Of a stretch of DNA of 20,000 nt, positions 6,047-14,905 are shown in pieces (the stretch's first letter is position 1; each line of letters begins with the position of its first letter). The notes beneath the pieces are model-generated. The model saw only the letters and a list, made by a program, of their open reading frames with translations. It did no database searches and was not told the origin of the DNA. Location of the stretch: IMG/VR virus record IMGVR_UViG_3300033068_001557, one strand, 5' to 3'. The translations under genes were made by a program, and so were the position numbers. Source of the stretch: an uncultured virus (IMG/VR IMGVR_UViG_3300033068_001557). Lineage: Duplodnaviria > Heunggongvirae > Uroviricota > Caudoviricetes.

Positions 6047-8197
6047 ATGAAAAGAAAAATAGAAGATTATAAAGATCAAAAAGTAGCAATACATTGTTCT
6101 ACTAAAGAAGAATGGGATAAAATTGTTGATTTATTTCCTTTAAATAGAAGAAGTATAAAAAAAATTTATTGGCAAGCAAATGTTAATAATGGAAAATCTG
6201 ATACCATTAACATTGAAGGGTATGGTTGGAGTCCTAAAAAACATTTTGAAAATAAAGGTTACACTATTTATCCTGCATCTGATTTTTTAGAAGAAAAACC
6301 ATTTAAATTTAACATAGGGGATGAAATAAAAGCTAAACCAGGAGGTTATTATATTGCTAGTCCTCAACATTTTGCAGAAAGTCATAAAAAACAGTTTCCT
6401 TCAAACGGAACAACAATTTCAGGTAAAATAATTGAAAGAACTCAAGCTCAAGGATTTAATTGGTATAGATGCAGTTATGACAATTGGATAACAGAAGAAG
6501 GAGTAGAATTGGTTAAAGAAGATATTCCTGAGTATATTGAATACATTGATACTAAATATAAAGGACAAATTGTTAAAGTTGAAGAATGGACTAACCATAG
6601 TTTTTGTTGTATTAGATTTGAAAATGGTCAAAGAGAACAACCTTTTAAAAATTTGGTAAAACCTTCTACAAAAGAAGCCTTTGATTTACAAAATAAACTT
6701 AAAACTATAAGTGAAGATATATTTTGTATTAAATTAAATTCTCAAGAAGAATCTGGAACGTTAGTATTTGGAAAATACAAAGTTGGAGATGTTGTAGTTT
6801 CTTTAGAACAAAAAGCTCCTTATAGAGTAGTAGGAGATATGTTTAAAGTTTTAGAAAATAATATTAATGCTTTATATTATCTCCATAATACTTGTTCTTT
6901 AGCTTCTAAAGAATGGAGAGCAGCTACAGAAGAAGAAATAAAAGCTTTTCAACAAGGTATTAAAAATGTCAATGATATTCCTAAAATAGGTGATTATGTA
7001 GTTATTACTAAGGGAACTAATAATTGGTCTTCTAAGATGAATCACTATATTGGAAAAGTAGCTAAACTTACTAGTTGTTTAAGTGATGATAAAAATACTT
7101 TTAGAATAGATTTAGATAATGGAGGTTGGAAATGGCAATTAAAACATAATCATTTTAGAAAAGCAAAACCAGATGAAATACCTTTAAAACAAACTACTAT
7201 GAGCATGCAAGAAATTCAACAAATATGTAAGGAAAAATATCCTATTGGTTGTAAATATAAATGTCTTAATTTTAACTCTGAGTATATTTTACTTCAAGAT
7301 GATTGTACTTATACAATTGTTAATAATGAAATTTGGGCAAGTCATGGAAAAGGATGTCTTTATAGTAATGGTAAATATGCTGAATTAATTTCTTTACCTA
7401 AATCTGATTGGAATCCTCAAATAGGAGATCATGTTATTATTATATCTCCTACAGAAGAAAATAATTGGGTATCAGGAATGGATAAATATGTAGGTAAACT
7501 TGCTAAAATTACTAAAAAAAGAGAAGATACTTCTTTTGAAATAGATTTAGACAACGCTTATTATGTATGGGATTATAAACCTCATCGTAAATTTTTTAGA
7601 AAAGCTGAACCACATGAAATATCTACTATATCAAAATCATTTGAATTTTTTAAAGAAGGAGATAAAGTTCTTATAAAAGATGGCTGTGAATATTATCATC
7701 AAGGAATAGATTCTATCGGAGAAAAAATGATTGGAATTATATCAAATGTTACTTCTTCAAGTTTACTTTTTATTGTTAAATGGTCTGATGGAAGTCAAAA
7801 TACTTATAATAAAGAACATCTTGACCATTATGTAGAAATGACTTCAAGTAAATCTATTAGTCCTGCTATGTTAGAAATAGCTAAATCTAAATATCCTTTA
7901 GGAACTTTTTACATTGATTTATATGAAGGTAAACAAGAAGTAAGAGGAACTCTTACTATTAAAAAAGATATGATTACTGATGGATGGGGAGGAGCTGTTT
8001 ATCAAAAAGGCAAATGGGCAAAAATAGTTGACGCTCTTTATAATGATAATAAATCTGAACAAAAGACTAGTACTTCAGAAAATTATCCTTTAACCTCTAC
8101 AAAATCAGTTACAAAGAAAAAAAGAGAAATTACATTAGTTCCTTTAATACAACCAAAAACAGTCAAAGTATTTGACAGAGAAGAAAATTTTTTTTAA
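6047..8197 (+). CDS. Large modular hypothetical protein with internal repeated small beta-domains
   Basis: 716 aa; repeated [FY]KxGD-type module starts, two IGD..NNW..M..Y.GK.AK.T..F.IDLDN..W..FRKA.P.EI repeats and two KYP.G..G..Y..GK[YW]A repeats. Confidence 0.85.
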   Translation: MKRKIEDYKDQKVAIHCSTKEEWDKIVDLFPLNRRSIKKIYWQANVNNGKSDTINIEGYGWSPKKHFENKGYTIYPASDFLEEKPFKFNIGDEIKAKPGGYYIASPQHFAESHKKQFPSNGTTISGKIIERTQAQGFNWYRCSYDNWITEEGVELVKEDIPEYIEYIDTKYKGQIVKVEEWTNHSFCCIRFENGQREQPFKNLVKPSTKEAFDLQNKLKTISEDIFCIKLNSQEESGTLVFGKYKVGDVVVSLEQKAPYRVVGDMFKVLENNINALYYLHNTCSLASKEWRAATEEEIKAFQQGIKNVNDIPKIGDYVVITKGTNNWSSKMNHYIGKVAKLTSCLSDDKNTFRIDLDNGGWKWQLKHNHFRKAKPDEIPLKQTTMSMQEIQQICKEKYPIGCKYKCLNFNSEYILLQDDCTYTIVNNEIWASHGKGCLYSNGKYAELISLPKSDWNPQIGDHVIIISPTEENNWVSGMDKYVGKLAKITKKREDTSFEIDLDNAYYVWDYKPHRKFFRKAEPHEISTISKSFEFFKEGDKVLIKDGCEYYHQGIDSIGEKMIGIISNVTSSSLLFIVKWSDGSQNTYNKEHLDHYVEMTSSKSISPAMLEIAKSKYPLGTFYIDLYEGKQEVRGTLTIKKDMITDGWGGAVYQKGKWAKIVDALYNDNKSEQKTSTSENYPLTSTKSVTKKKREITLVPLIQPKTVKVFDREENFF

Positions 8198-8220
8198 ACA
8201 AACAATTAAATTATTAAAAA

Positions 8221-8670
8221 ATGGCTCAAGAAGCAACACCAACAACACAGCCTACAGGTATTGTAGCAAAAATTATGCGTATCTTAAAATTAGATGACGC
8301 TGGTAAAATTCAATCTTTTTTTGAAAGAGAAAGAAAAAAGTTAAATAGAGATATTGTAACTTTGAACAAAAACATTGAAAACACAAAGTTTAACAGTGAA
8401 CGAACTTTAGACACTTATCGTGAACAATTGGAAGATGCAGAAGATGCATTGGATAATGCTTATGCAGGTGTTAAATTGTCTGATATTGAAACAAATTCTT
8501 CTCAGGAAACATTTTCTTCAAAATATTGGGACAATATTGATAACAAAACAGAAGTAGTTGAAAGACTTAAATCTGCGATCAAATCTCATTCTGAAAAAGT
8601 TGAAGAAGAAATTAAGGAATTTGAAAAACAAATTGCTGAAATCAAATTCAGAATTGCGAAAATTTCGTAA
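8221..8670 (+). CDS. Coiled-coil hypothetical protein
   Basis: 149 aa, heptad-rich E/K/L helical composition. Confidence 0.8.
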   Translation: MAQEATPTTQPTGIVAKIMRILKLDDAGKIQSFFERERKKLNRDIVTLNKNIENTKFNSERTLDTYREQLEDAEDALDNAYAGVKLSDIETNSSQETFSSKYWDNIDNKTEVVERLKSAIKSHSEKVEEEIKEFEKQIAEIKFRIAKIS

Positions 8671-8690
8671 TTAATTTTTTTTATTGTAAT

Positions 8691-8762
8691 TGTCTGTTAG
8701 TTCAATGGATAGAACTATTGATTTCTAATCAATTAATACAAGTTCGATTCTTGTACAGACAA
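8691..8762 (+). tRNA. trnR: tRNA-Arg (anticodon UCU)
   Basis: Acceptor TGTCTGT/ACAGACA; D arm GTTC-AATGGATA-GAAC (A20 Arg identity element); anticodon arm ATTGA-TTTCTAA-TCAAT; T arm ACAAG-TTCGATT-CTTGT; CCA not encoded. Confidence 0.92.
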
Positions 8763-8805
8763 TTACATTTATTTTTTTTTTGGAACTAATGTAATTTTAA
8801 ATTTT

Positions 8806-9033
8806 ATGATTAAAACAGAAACAAGTATTAACGGTGAAGTTATAGTTTTTTTAATTCCTTCTACTGATTTAGATAGAGAAATTTTAAAAACAATAAAATC
8901 AGATTCAAAAATTACAGTAGTATCTGTTAAAGGAGCGCAATATCATGGTAAAGCAGTTCCTGAAGGCACTATTGTAATTTCACCAAAAGAAGTTGAAAAT
9001 GAAACAGACGCTTTTGAAACAACTATTGATTAA
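8806..9033 (+). CDS. Hypothetical protein
   Basis: 75-aa ORF between the tRNA and the tmRNA. Confidence 0.7.
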   Translation: MIKTETSINGEVIVFLIPSTDLDREILKTIKSDSKITVVSVKGAQYHGKAVPEGTIVISPKEVENETDAFETTID

Positions 9034-9095
9034 TAGAAAAATAACAAAGGACAAGTTATTTTGAATTTTTGTTTAATTCTCATGGTATTTAATAG

Positions 9096-9131
9096 TCAAT
9101 CATAGTGGTAGTCCACACTATGATTGATTTT
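9096..9131 (+). terminator. Strong hairpin (terminator or processing signal) just upstream of the tmRNA
   Basis: TCAATCATAGTG(9096-9107)/CACTATGATTGA(9116-9127) perfect 12-bp stem followed by TTTT. Confidence 0.5.
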
Positions 9132-9135
9132 ATAT

Positions 9136-9531
9136 GGGGCTGTACAGGCTTTGCTTTCAAACAGAAGGAAATAATTTAGGTAGAGAACAAACTCTTTAAA
9201 ATGAAAACACAATTTTAAATGGCAATAATGCTAATCAAGATCAAAAATCAACTTTATTTGTATCTCATAAAAATGTAGATGCAATTTGTGCTACTATTGA
9301 AAGATCAGTAAACACAAGTAAGTTGGAGCTAATTGCAGCTTAACAAACAAATGCAAGAAGGAAGTTTCTATATCTTCTGATATTTAAAATATAGTGGTGG
9401 ATTTTTGACAATTTATTGTCAACCCTTTTTAGATTGGAATCTAAAGTTAGTAAACTATGATTAACCTATACCTATAAATAAAATTATTTTTGGAACTTTG
9501 GAATACATGGGTTCGATTCCCATCAGCTCCA
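9136..9531 (+). ncRNA. ssrA: tmRNA (phage-encoded)
   Basis: 5' GGGGCTG pairs with 3' CAGCTCC-A including the G3-U Ala identity pair; T arm ATGGG-TTCGATT-CCCAT; helix 2 AAATAATTT/AAATTATTT; internal start-less frame GGC(9221) to ...LIAA-TAA(9343); 396 nt. Confidence 0.88.
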
Positions 9532-9555
9532 CAAACAACTTAAAATCAACAAATT

Positions 9556-10263
9556 ATGAGAAAATTTAAACTTATTAAAGAATATCCAGGAAGTCCTAAA
9601 TTAAATACCATAGTATATAAAACAAAAAATATAGATAAAGATTTTTATATACAAGTTTTTGGAGGATTTGGTACAGATAATATTAGTATTATTGAAAATC
9701 AACCTGAATATTGGGAAGAAGTTAAAGAAAAAAAATGGAAGATAAATTCTTTAGAGGATGGTAAAATTTATTCTATTAAAAGACTTAAAGATAATCAAAT
9801 ATTTACTATTGGTGAAGAAATAGAAGAAGGAATTATTTCTAATATTGTTGTAACTGAAGAAGATGTTCATATTAGAATTGCTAAACGATGGCTTTATTTA
9901 GAACATGCTAATAAGAAAATTCATAAATTATTATTCATAACAGAAGATAGAAAAGAAATATTTGATAATTACAAAGGACAATTATATATTGTAAATAAAA
10001 ATACATTAGAATTAAAATCAGGTCTTGTTGTAGATTATGATAAATTTTTAGCAACTTATAATTGTAAAAATTTTTTGTATTTTTATAGTTTTTATGAAGT
10101 AAAAAATTATATTACTATGAATACACCTTGTTTATCATTAAAAGATATAGTAAAAATTTATGTTACGGCAGATAAACATGATTTTACTAATCATAAAATA
10201 GGGAACAAATATAAACAATCAGAACAAATTTATAAACTTGTACAAACAAAATTAAAATTATAA
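9556..10263 (+). CDS. Hypothetical phage protein
   Basis: 235 aa; N-terminal KFKLIKEYPGSP...PEYWEEV segment reminiscent of Bacteroidota phage hypothetical proteins. Confidence 0.8.
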   Translation: MRKFKLIKEYPGSPKLNTIVYKTKNIDKDFYIQVFGGFGTDNISIIENQPEYWEEVKEKKWKINSLEDGKIYSIKRLKDNQIFTIGEEIEEGIISNIVVTEEDVHIRIAKRWLYLEHANKKIHKLLFITEDRKEIFDNYKGQLYIVNKNTLELKSGLVVDYDKFLATYNCKNFLYFYSFYEVKNYITMNTPCLSLKDIVKIYVTADKHDFTNHKIGNKYKQSEQIYKLVQTKLKL

Positions 10264-10450
10264 AAAAAATAATTAACAGAGGTGTTAATTGATTTAGTTT
10301 GAAGTTCTTTTACATATTTAAAACAATTAAGACGACAACTTATTAAATGTCAGTATCAGTAAAGATATAAAAATCAGGTCTAAAATAAGCTGAATTATCG
10401 ACCTTAAAGGATTAAGTAAGCAACATTATTAGCATTAATAAAAAAATAAA

Positions 10451-11014
10451 ATGGCACAAAACATTAAAGAGACGTTTGCTAAACAATTAGCAACAGGTAA
10501 AGTAGTAGTAACTGAAGTAATGGATACTAAAGTTGCAGAGCAAAAGAGAATTGAAATAGCTCAATTGGTTAAAGGAGATTCTCCTAATTTGATTGGTATT
10601 ATGCAAGGTAATACAGGTGGAACTGTATTGGTAGCATGGATGCCTATTAAAGCAGAAATTGCTTCTGCAAAGAAATTAAAAGCAGGTGATATCTTTGATG
10701 AGAAATTTGCTGAAGAATTATCAGGAGTATCTGCTAACATTCAAGTTACAGAAAAAACAGAACCTTTTACATGGTTAGAAGGTGGAAGATTTATTCGTGT
10801 TAATAAAAACGCTAAAATGAACAAAAGTGGTGAAGATGGTAAATATTTGACTAAAGATGGTAACTACATCTTTCGTCAGACAGAATTGGTAGCAGGTCCT
10901 GCTAACAATACCAGAGTTCAACATGATGGTTTAACGGCAACTCCACCAAATTATGAGGTTTTGGAAGCTGTTTTACAAAATCAAGTTGCTGAAGAAATAG
11001 TAACTCATGATTAA
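10451..11014 (+). CDS. Phage protein, possibly single-stranded DNA-binding protein
   Basis: 187 aa, beta-rich with an acidic C-terminus, own terminator, upstream of the replication genes; the SSB call is inference only. Confidence 0.5.
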   Translation: MAQNIKETFAKQLATGKVVVTEVMDTKVAEQKRIEIAQLVKGDSPNLIGIMQGNTGGTVLVAWMPIKAEIASAKKLKAGDIFDEKFAEELSGVSANIQVTEKTEPFTWLEGGRFIRVNKNAKMNKSGEDGKYLTKDGNYIFRQTELVAGPANNTRVQHDGLTATPPNYEVLEAVLQNQVAEEIVTHD

Positions 11015-11044
11015 AATTCTCTTTTAATAGAATTTAAATAGCAC

Positions 11045-11088
11045 AGACAGGTAGGGATTATTTTCCCTACTTGTCTTTTTATTTTTTT
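11045..11088 (+). terminator. Intrinsic terminator
   Basis: AGACAGGTAGGGA/TCCCTACTTGTCT stem (11045-11076) followed by a long T-tract. Confidence 0.8.
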
Positions 11089-11107
11089 ATTAATTAAAAC
11101 TCCGTAA

Positions 11108-11557
11108 ATGAAAATTAAGTTAAGTGATTGTGAAGTAAATCCTAAAAAAATTGAAGCATTAGAGAATTATTGTAAAAAAAACAATAAATTAATAGCTTTA
11201 AGAGACATGAAAAACAGATTGTTGGCAGTAGGCTTGTCAGTAAAAGCATTACAAACATCTAAAACAAAAGATGGCTTTCATCAATATAATGTAATATATA
11301 AAACAGTTTCTGTTATAAAAACACTGGAAGATAAAGATGTTAATGAATTACGTTATGCTGAATTAGTAAAAAATAACTTTACTGAAACTTATCCTTTATA
11401 TGATGTTTATCTTTGTGTGTATGACGGTATGATTAAACATAAAGAAGAATATAATAATAAAAGAGAAGAATATTGGTTTAAAGCTTATAATTGGTATTTA
11501 AGATATCCAGATAAGTTTTCAATATTTGATTTAATTAACAGAAGTACTAAATCATGA
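11108..11557 (+). CDS. Hypothetical protein
   Basis: 149-aa ORF; ATGA overlap with the next gene. Confidence 0.75.
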   Translation: MKIKLSDCEVNPKKIEALENYCKKNNKLIALRDMKNRLLAVGLSVKALQTSKTKDGFHQYNVIYKTVSVIKTLEDKDVNELRYAELVKNNFTETYPLYDVYLCVYDGMIKHKEEYNNKREEYWFKAYNWYLRYPDKFSIFDLINRSTKS

Positions 11558-12165
11558 ATCAACTTGAAAAACTGTATTTAATAAATACTGCTTTTAATTC
11601 TATTATAAAAAAAAGAAAAAAAACTATTTCTTTATTTTTAAATTGGCAAGATAAAAAAAGTTATATTGGTGAAGGTAAAATTTTAGAAATGTTGGAGTTT
11701 ACTCCAATTGTATTTTTAGATAATCCTTCAGTAAAAAATACTTTTATATATTTTAGACCAAGAAGATGTTTGTGTGAAATTGTAGAGTCAAAGTTTTATG
11801 ATAAAGGCTTTAAAAAACATTTTATAATTCCTTTTAAAATTCCACAAAAACAAGCAGAAGAATTGATTCCTAAAGAAGAGAGAAAATATAACACTCCTGA
11901 AAATAATATAAAAACAAACGTAATAATAACCGCATTAAATTTTAATAACTCTCTTGTAGACAGTATTGAAGAAATTGAATTTAGCAGACAAGTATTACAT
12001 CTATATAAAAAACAAAAAATAACTGACCAAAATTTAACAGATATAAAAGAACAATTAAATAAAAATTTAGAATTAAGACAAAAAAATATAGATGATACTT
12101 TTGACAGACTTTATCCTGATAAAGCTAAAAAATTAAAAAAATTAAAAAAAAGAAATTATGACTAA
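11554..12165 (+). CDS. Hypothetical protein
   Basis: 203-aa ORF, translationally coupled. Confidence 0.75.
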   Translation: MNQLEKLYLINTAFNSIIKKRKKTISLFLNWQDKKSYIGEGKILEMLEFTPIVFLDNPSVKNTFIYFRPRRCLCEIVESKFYDKGFKKHFIIPFKIPQKQAEELIPKEERKYNTPENNIKTNVIITALNFNNSLVDSIEEIEFSRQVLHLYKKQKITDQNLTDIKEQLNKNLELRQKNIDDTFDRLYPDKAKKLKKLKKRNYD

Positions 12166-12427
12166 AAAAGAACAAGTAAAAGATTATTGGAAAGCATTAT
12201 TTCATTATACATTATCATGGATAAATCCTTTTTTAGAAAAAAAGTTTAAAACTTATTATGGATTTTGTCATTATTTTGCATTAATACAATATAAAGATTT
12301 AATCAATTATACTGAATTAGTAGCTTTAGCTCCTCAAAAAAATTATTTAGAATATTGGTTTGAATGTGGTAAAAAATTACCAAGAATTAAACTGCTTATA
12401 AAAGCAATTATAAATTGTTATAAATGA
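12158..12427 (+). CDS. Hypothetical protein
   Basis: 89-aa ORF overlapping its neighbours; ATGA overlap with the polymerase. Confidence 0.7.
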   Translation: MTKKEQVKDYWKALFHYTLSWINPFLEKKFKTYYGFCHYFALIQYKDLINYTELVALAPQKNYLEYWFECGKKLPRIKLLIKAIINCYK

Positions 12428-13755
12428 AATTAATTAATGATATAGAAATATTTTATAATTTAAGTTTCTTTGGTTTTAAAAATTTTGAAACCAAAGAAAC
12501 TTTTTCTTTTGAAATATCAGAATATGTAAATCAATCTCAGGAATTTTATGATTTTTTGTTAAAATTAGATAAAAATAATGTTTTTTTTATTTCATTTAAT
12601 GGTATTGATTATGATAATCTTGTAATAAATTATTTTTTTAAACATTATAACGTGTTTAAACAAAATAATTTTACACCATTAGATATTTGTTTATCTCTCA
12701 AAGAATTTTCAGATTATGTTATTAACTGTCAAGATAGTCACAATGATAGTGAAATAAAAAAATATAAATATCATAATAAATGGATTGATATTGATTTATT
12801 CAGATATTGGTCTAAAATGACAAGACAAAATAGAAAAATATCTTTAAAATCATTAGGAATACAATTAAATCATGACAGAGTTCAAGAATTACCATACAAA
12901 CATAATAAGATTTTAACAAAAGAAGAAATTCAAAACGTTAAAGATTATAATATTAATAATGATTTAGTTATTACTGATAAACTTTGTGAGAAAATGAAAC
13001 CTCAAATTCTTCAAAGACAAGATGCTAATATAAAATATGGTTTTAATTGTTGGTCTTGGGATGGTGTAAAACTTGGTTTAAATATATTATTAGAAGAATA
13101 TTGTAAAGAATATGGTTATGAAAGAAATCAGATTGATGGTTTAAGAAGTAAATTAGAACCAATTAAAATTGATAGATTACTTTCTCATAAAATAAAATTT
13201 ACAGAAACAGAAGAAAAAGTTGAATTAAAATATGATAAACAAAATAAACCTTATTATTTATGTAATAGTTTTTATTCATTATATAATCATCTTAAAGAAA
13301 GAGTAGTATCAACTACTAATGAATTATCTTATTCTGTTATTTTAAATGGAGTAAAATATGATATTAAAAGTGGTGGATTACATAGTTATCATAATCCAGA
13401 AATAGTTGAACCTGATTTATCTAAATTTATTTATAGAGATAAAGACGTAAGTTCAATGTACCCAACTTTAGGAGCTATTTATAGTTATGTTCCTACACAT
13501 CTTCCAGGAATGGATAAAGTAATTTTAAGAATTAGAAATCAAAGATTAGAGTACAAAAAATCAGGAAATAAAAAAGATGCTGAATTATATAAATTAGCAC
13601 TTAATGGTGGATATTATGGTAATCTTAATAGTGCTTATACACCTATGTATGACCCTAAACAATTATTAGCAGTAACATTAAACGGACAAATGTTTCTTTT
13701 AATGTTTTGTGAAAAAATGATTGAAGCAGGAATACAAATTGATAGTTGTAACACT
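12424..13755 (+). CDS. polB: Family B DNA polymerase, exon 1 (3'-5' exonuclease and polymerase motifs A, B)
   Basis: Exo I NDIEIF, Exo II SFNGIDYD, Exo III YNINNDL; motif A DVSSMYP; motif B KLALNGGYYG; ends at DSCNT, the first half of motif C. The unspliced ORF runs on to 13773. Confidence 0.92.
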
Positions 13756-14028
13756 AAAACGTTGGTGTTATAAAATCGGGTTAATTGACGGGAAACTCTT
13801 TAGAATTTATTCTACTAAATTATTATAGTAATATAATAACGGCTGAAGTAATTATTCAGGTATAGTAACAAAGAATAAAATTAGACAATCCGCAGCCAAG
13901 ACTCCGACCATTTGGAGTAAGGTTCAACGACTACTGGAGAGAAAAAGGTTTCTCTTAATAACCAGAAATAATGCCCGACATTTAATAAATTTAGTAATTA
14001 AAATTAAAAATTAAAACGATATATTTTG

Positions 14029-14036
14029 TATCTTTG
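14029..14036 (+). promoter_or_regulatory. Bacteroidota-type -7 promoter element upstream of the homing endonuclease
   Basis: TATCTTTG fits TAnnTTTG, 23 nt before ATG 14060; no clear -33 element. Confidence 0.45.
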
Positions 14037-14059
14037 TACTTTAAAAAAGACTATAAAAT

Positions 14060-14872
14060 ATGCAAACATCACATACAAAAATTGATTTAAAACACTTTGG
14101 TATTTATATAATAAAAAATACTATTAATAATGATTTTTATATTGGTTCTACTATAGAAAGTTTTCAAAAAAGAAAACAAAAACACATATATGCTTATGAA
14201 AAATGGTTAAATGGAATTGATAAAAATCAAATTCCGCATTTATATAAAGCAATTAAAAAATATGGTATGGAAAATTTTGAATTTATTATCTATAAAAAAT
14301 TTATAAATAAAAAAGATTCAAAAAGAACTAAAGAAATCATTACTTATATTGAAGAAAAATATATTGCTACTTTAAATCCAAAATATAATATTTGTAAAAA
14401 ACCTACACAAGGAGGTTGTCCAAATTTAGGAAGAAATTTATCTCAAGAATGGAAAGATAAAATAGGAGAAAAATCAAAACTTTATAGACATATAGGAGAA
14501 GTTTATAATAATAAAGTTAAGCAAAATAAAAAAGGTTCTTCAATATATAAAATAGAAGATTTAAAAGGTAATATATTTATAGGTAGTAGTATAGAATGTC
14601 AGAAATATTTTAATGTTTCCATACATCCTATAATAGATAAATATAATAATATAAATAATAAATCTTTATTTTTTAAAAGTGTAGAAAAATTAAAAAATCA
14701 GAAAAAGAAAATAAAATTATTTTTAGAAAAAGAAGAAATAATATTTAATTCTTACGGAGAATGTGATAGATATTTGAATATGTGGAAAGGATTTACTTCA
14801 ACACAGATTACAAATAATCGTAAATTAATTGTAAATTATAAATATGAATTAATAAATGAAGATATAGTCTAA
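14060..14872 (+). CDS. Intron-encoded GIY-YIG homing endonuclease
   Basis: GIYIIKNTINNDFYIGST motif, conserved R, E and YN; NUMOD-like C-terminal segments; lies in the intron P8 loop and its last codons overlap the S element. Confidence 0.92.
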   Translation: MQTSHTKIDLKHFGIYIIKNTINNDFYIGSTIESFQKRKQKHIYAYEKWLNGIDKNQIPHLYKAIKKYGMENFEFIIYKKFINKKDSKRTKEIITYIEEKYIATLNPKYNICKKPTQGGCPNLGRNLSQEWKDKIGEKSKLYRHIGEVYNNKVKQNKKGSSIYKIEDLKGNIFIGSSIECQKYFNVSIHPIIDKYNNINNKSLFFKSVEKLKNQKKKIKLFLEKEEIIFNSYGECDRYLNMWKGFTSTQITNNRKLIVNYKYELINEDIV

Positions 14873-14905
14873 ACTATATAGAGATATATAGAATAATGTT
14901 ACTTG

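Larger units (their letters stand above)
13756..14905 (+). mobile_element. Group I self-splicing intron (IA-like) in the DNA polymerase gene
   Basis: P1 TAACACT(13749-13755)/GGTGTTA(13764-13770) with U-G at the 5' splice site; P3 TCGGG/CCCGA; Q AATCCGCAGC; R TTCAACGACTA; S AAGATATAGTCT (P7 GACTA 13929-13933/TAGTC 14865-14869); P9 CTATATA-GAGA-TATATAG; terminal G14905; splicing restores NT|DG in frame. Confidence 0.93.

Noticed and set aside
6419..6640. Minus-strand 73-aa ORF
   Set aside because: Antisense shadow of the 716-aa gene; F/S/I-rich.
8722..8728. Amber suppressor tRNA (CTA in the loop) and TAG recoding as in some crAss-like phages
   Set aside because: The 7-nt loop TTTCTAA centres on TCT and A20 supports Arg. 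Long genes are intact in the standard code; only ORF 16100 ends in TAG, and readthrough would add just a few codons.
13756..14905. Polymerase split as two genes, an intein or a frameshift
   Set aside because: A complete group I core with U-G and terminal-G splice sites restores the frame exactly; an in-frame stop at 13773 rules out an intein.
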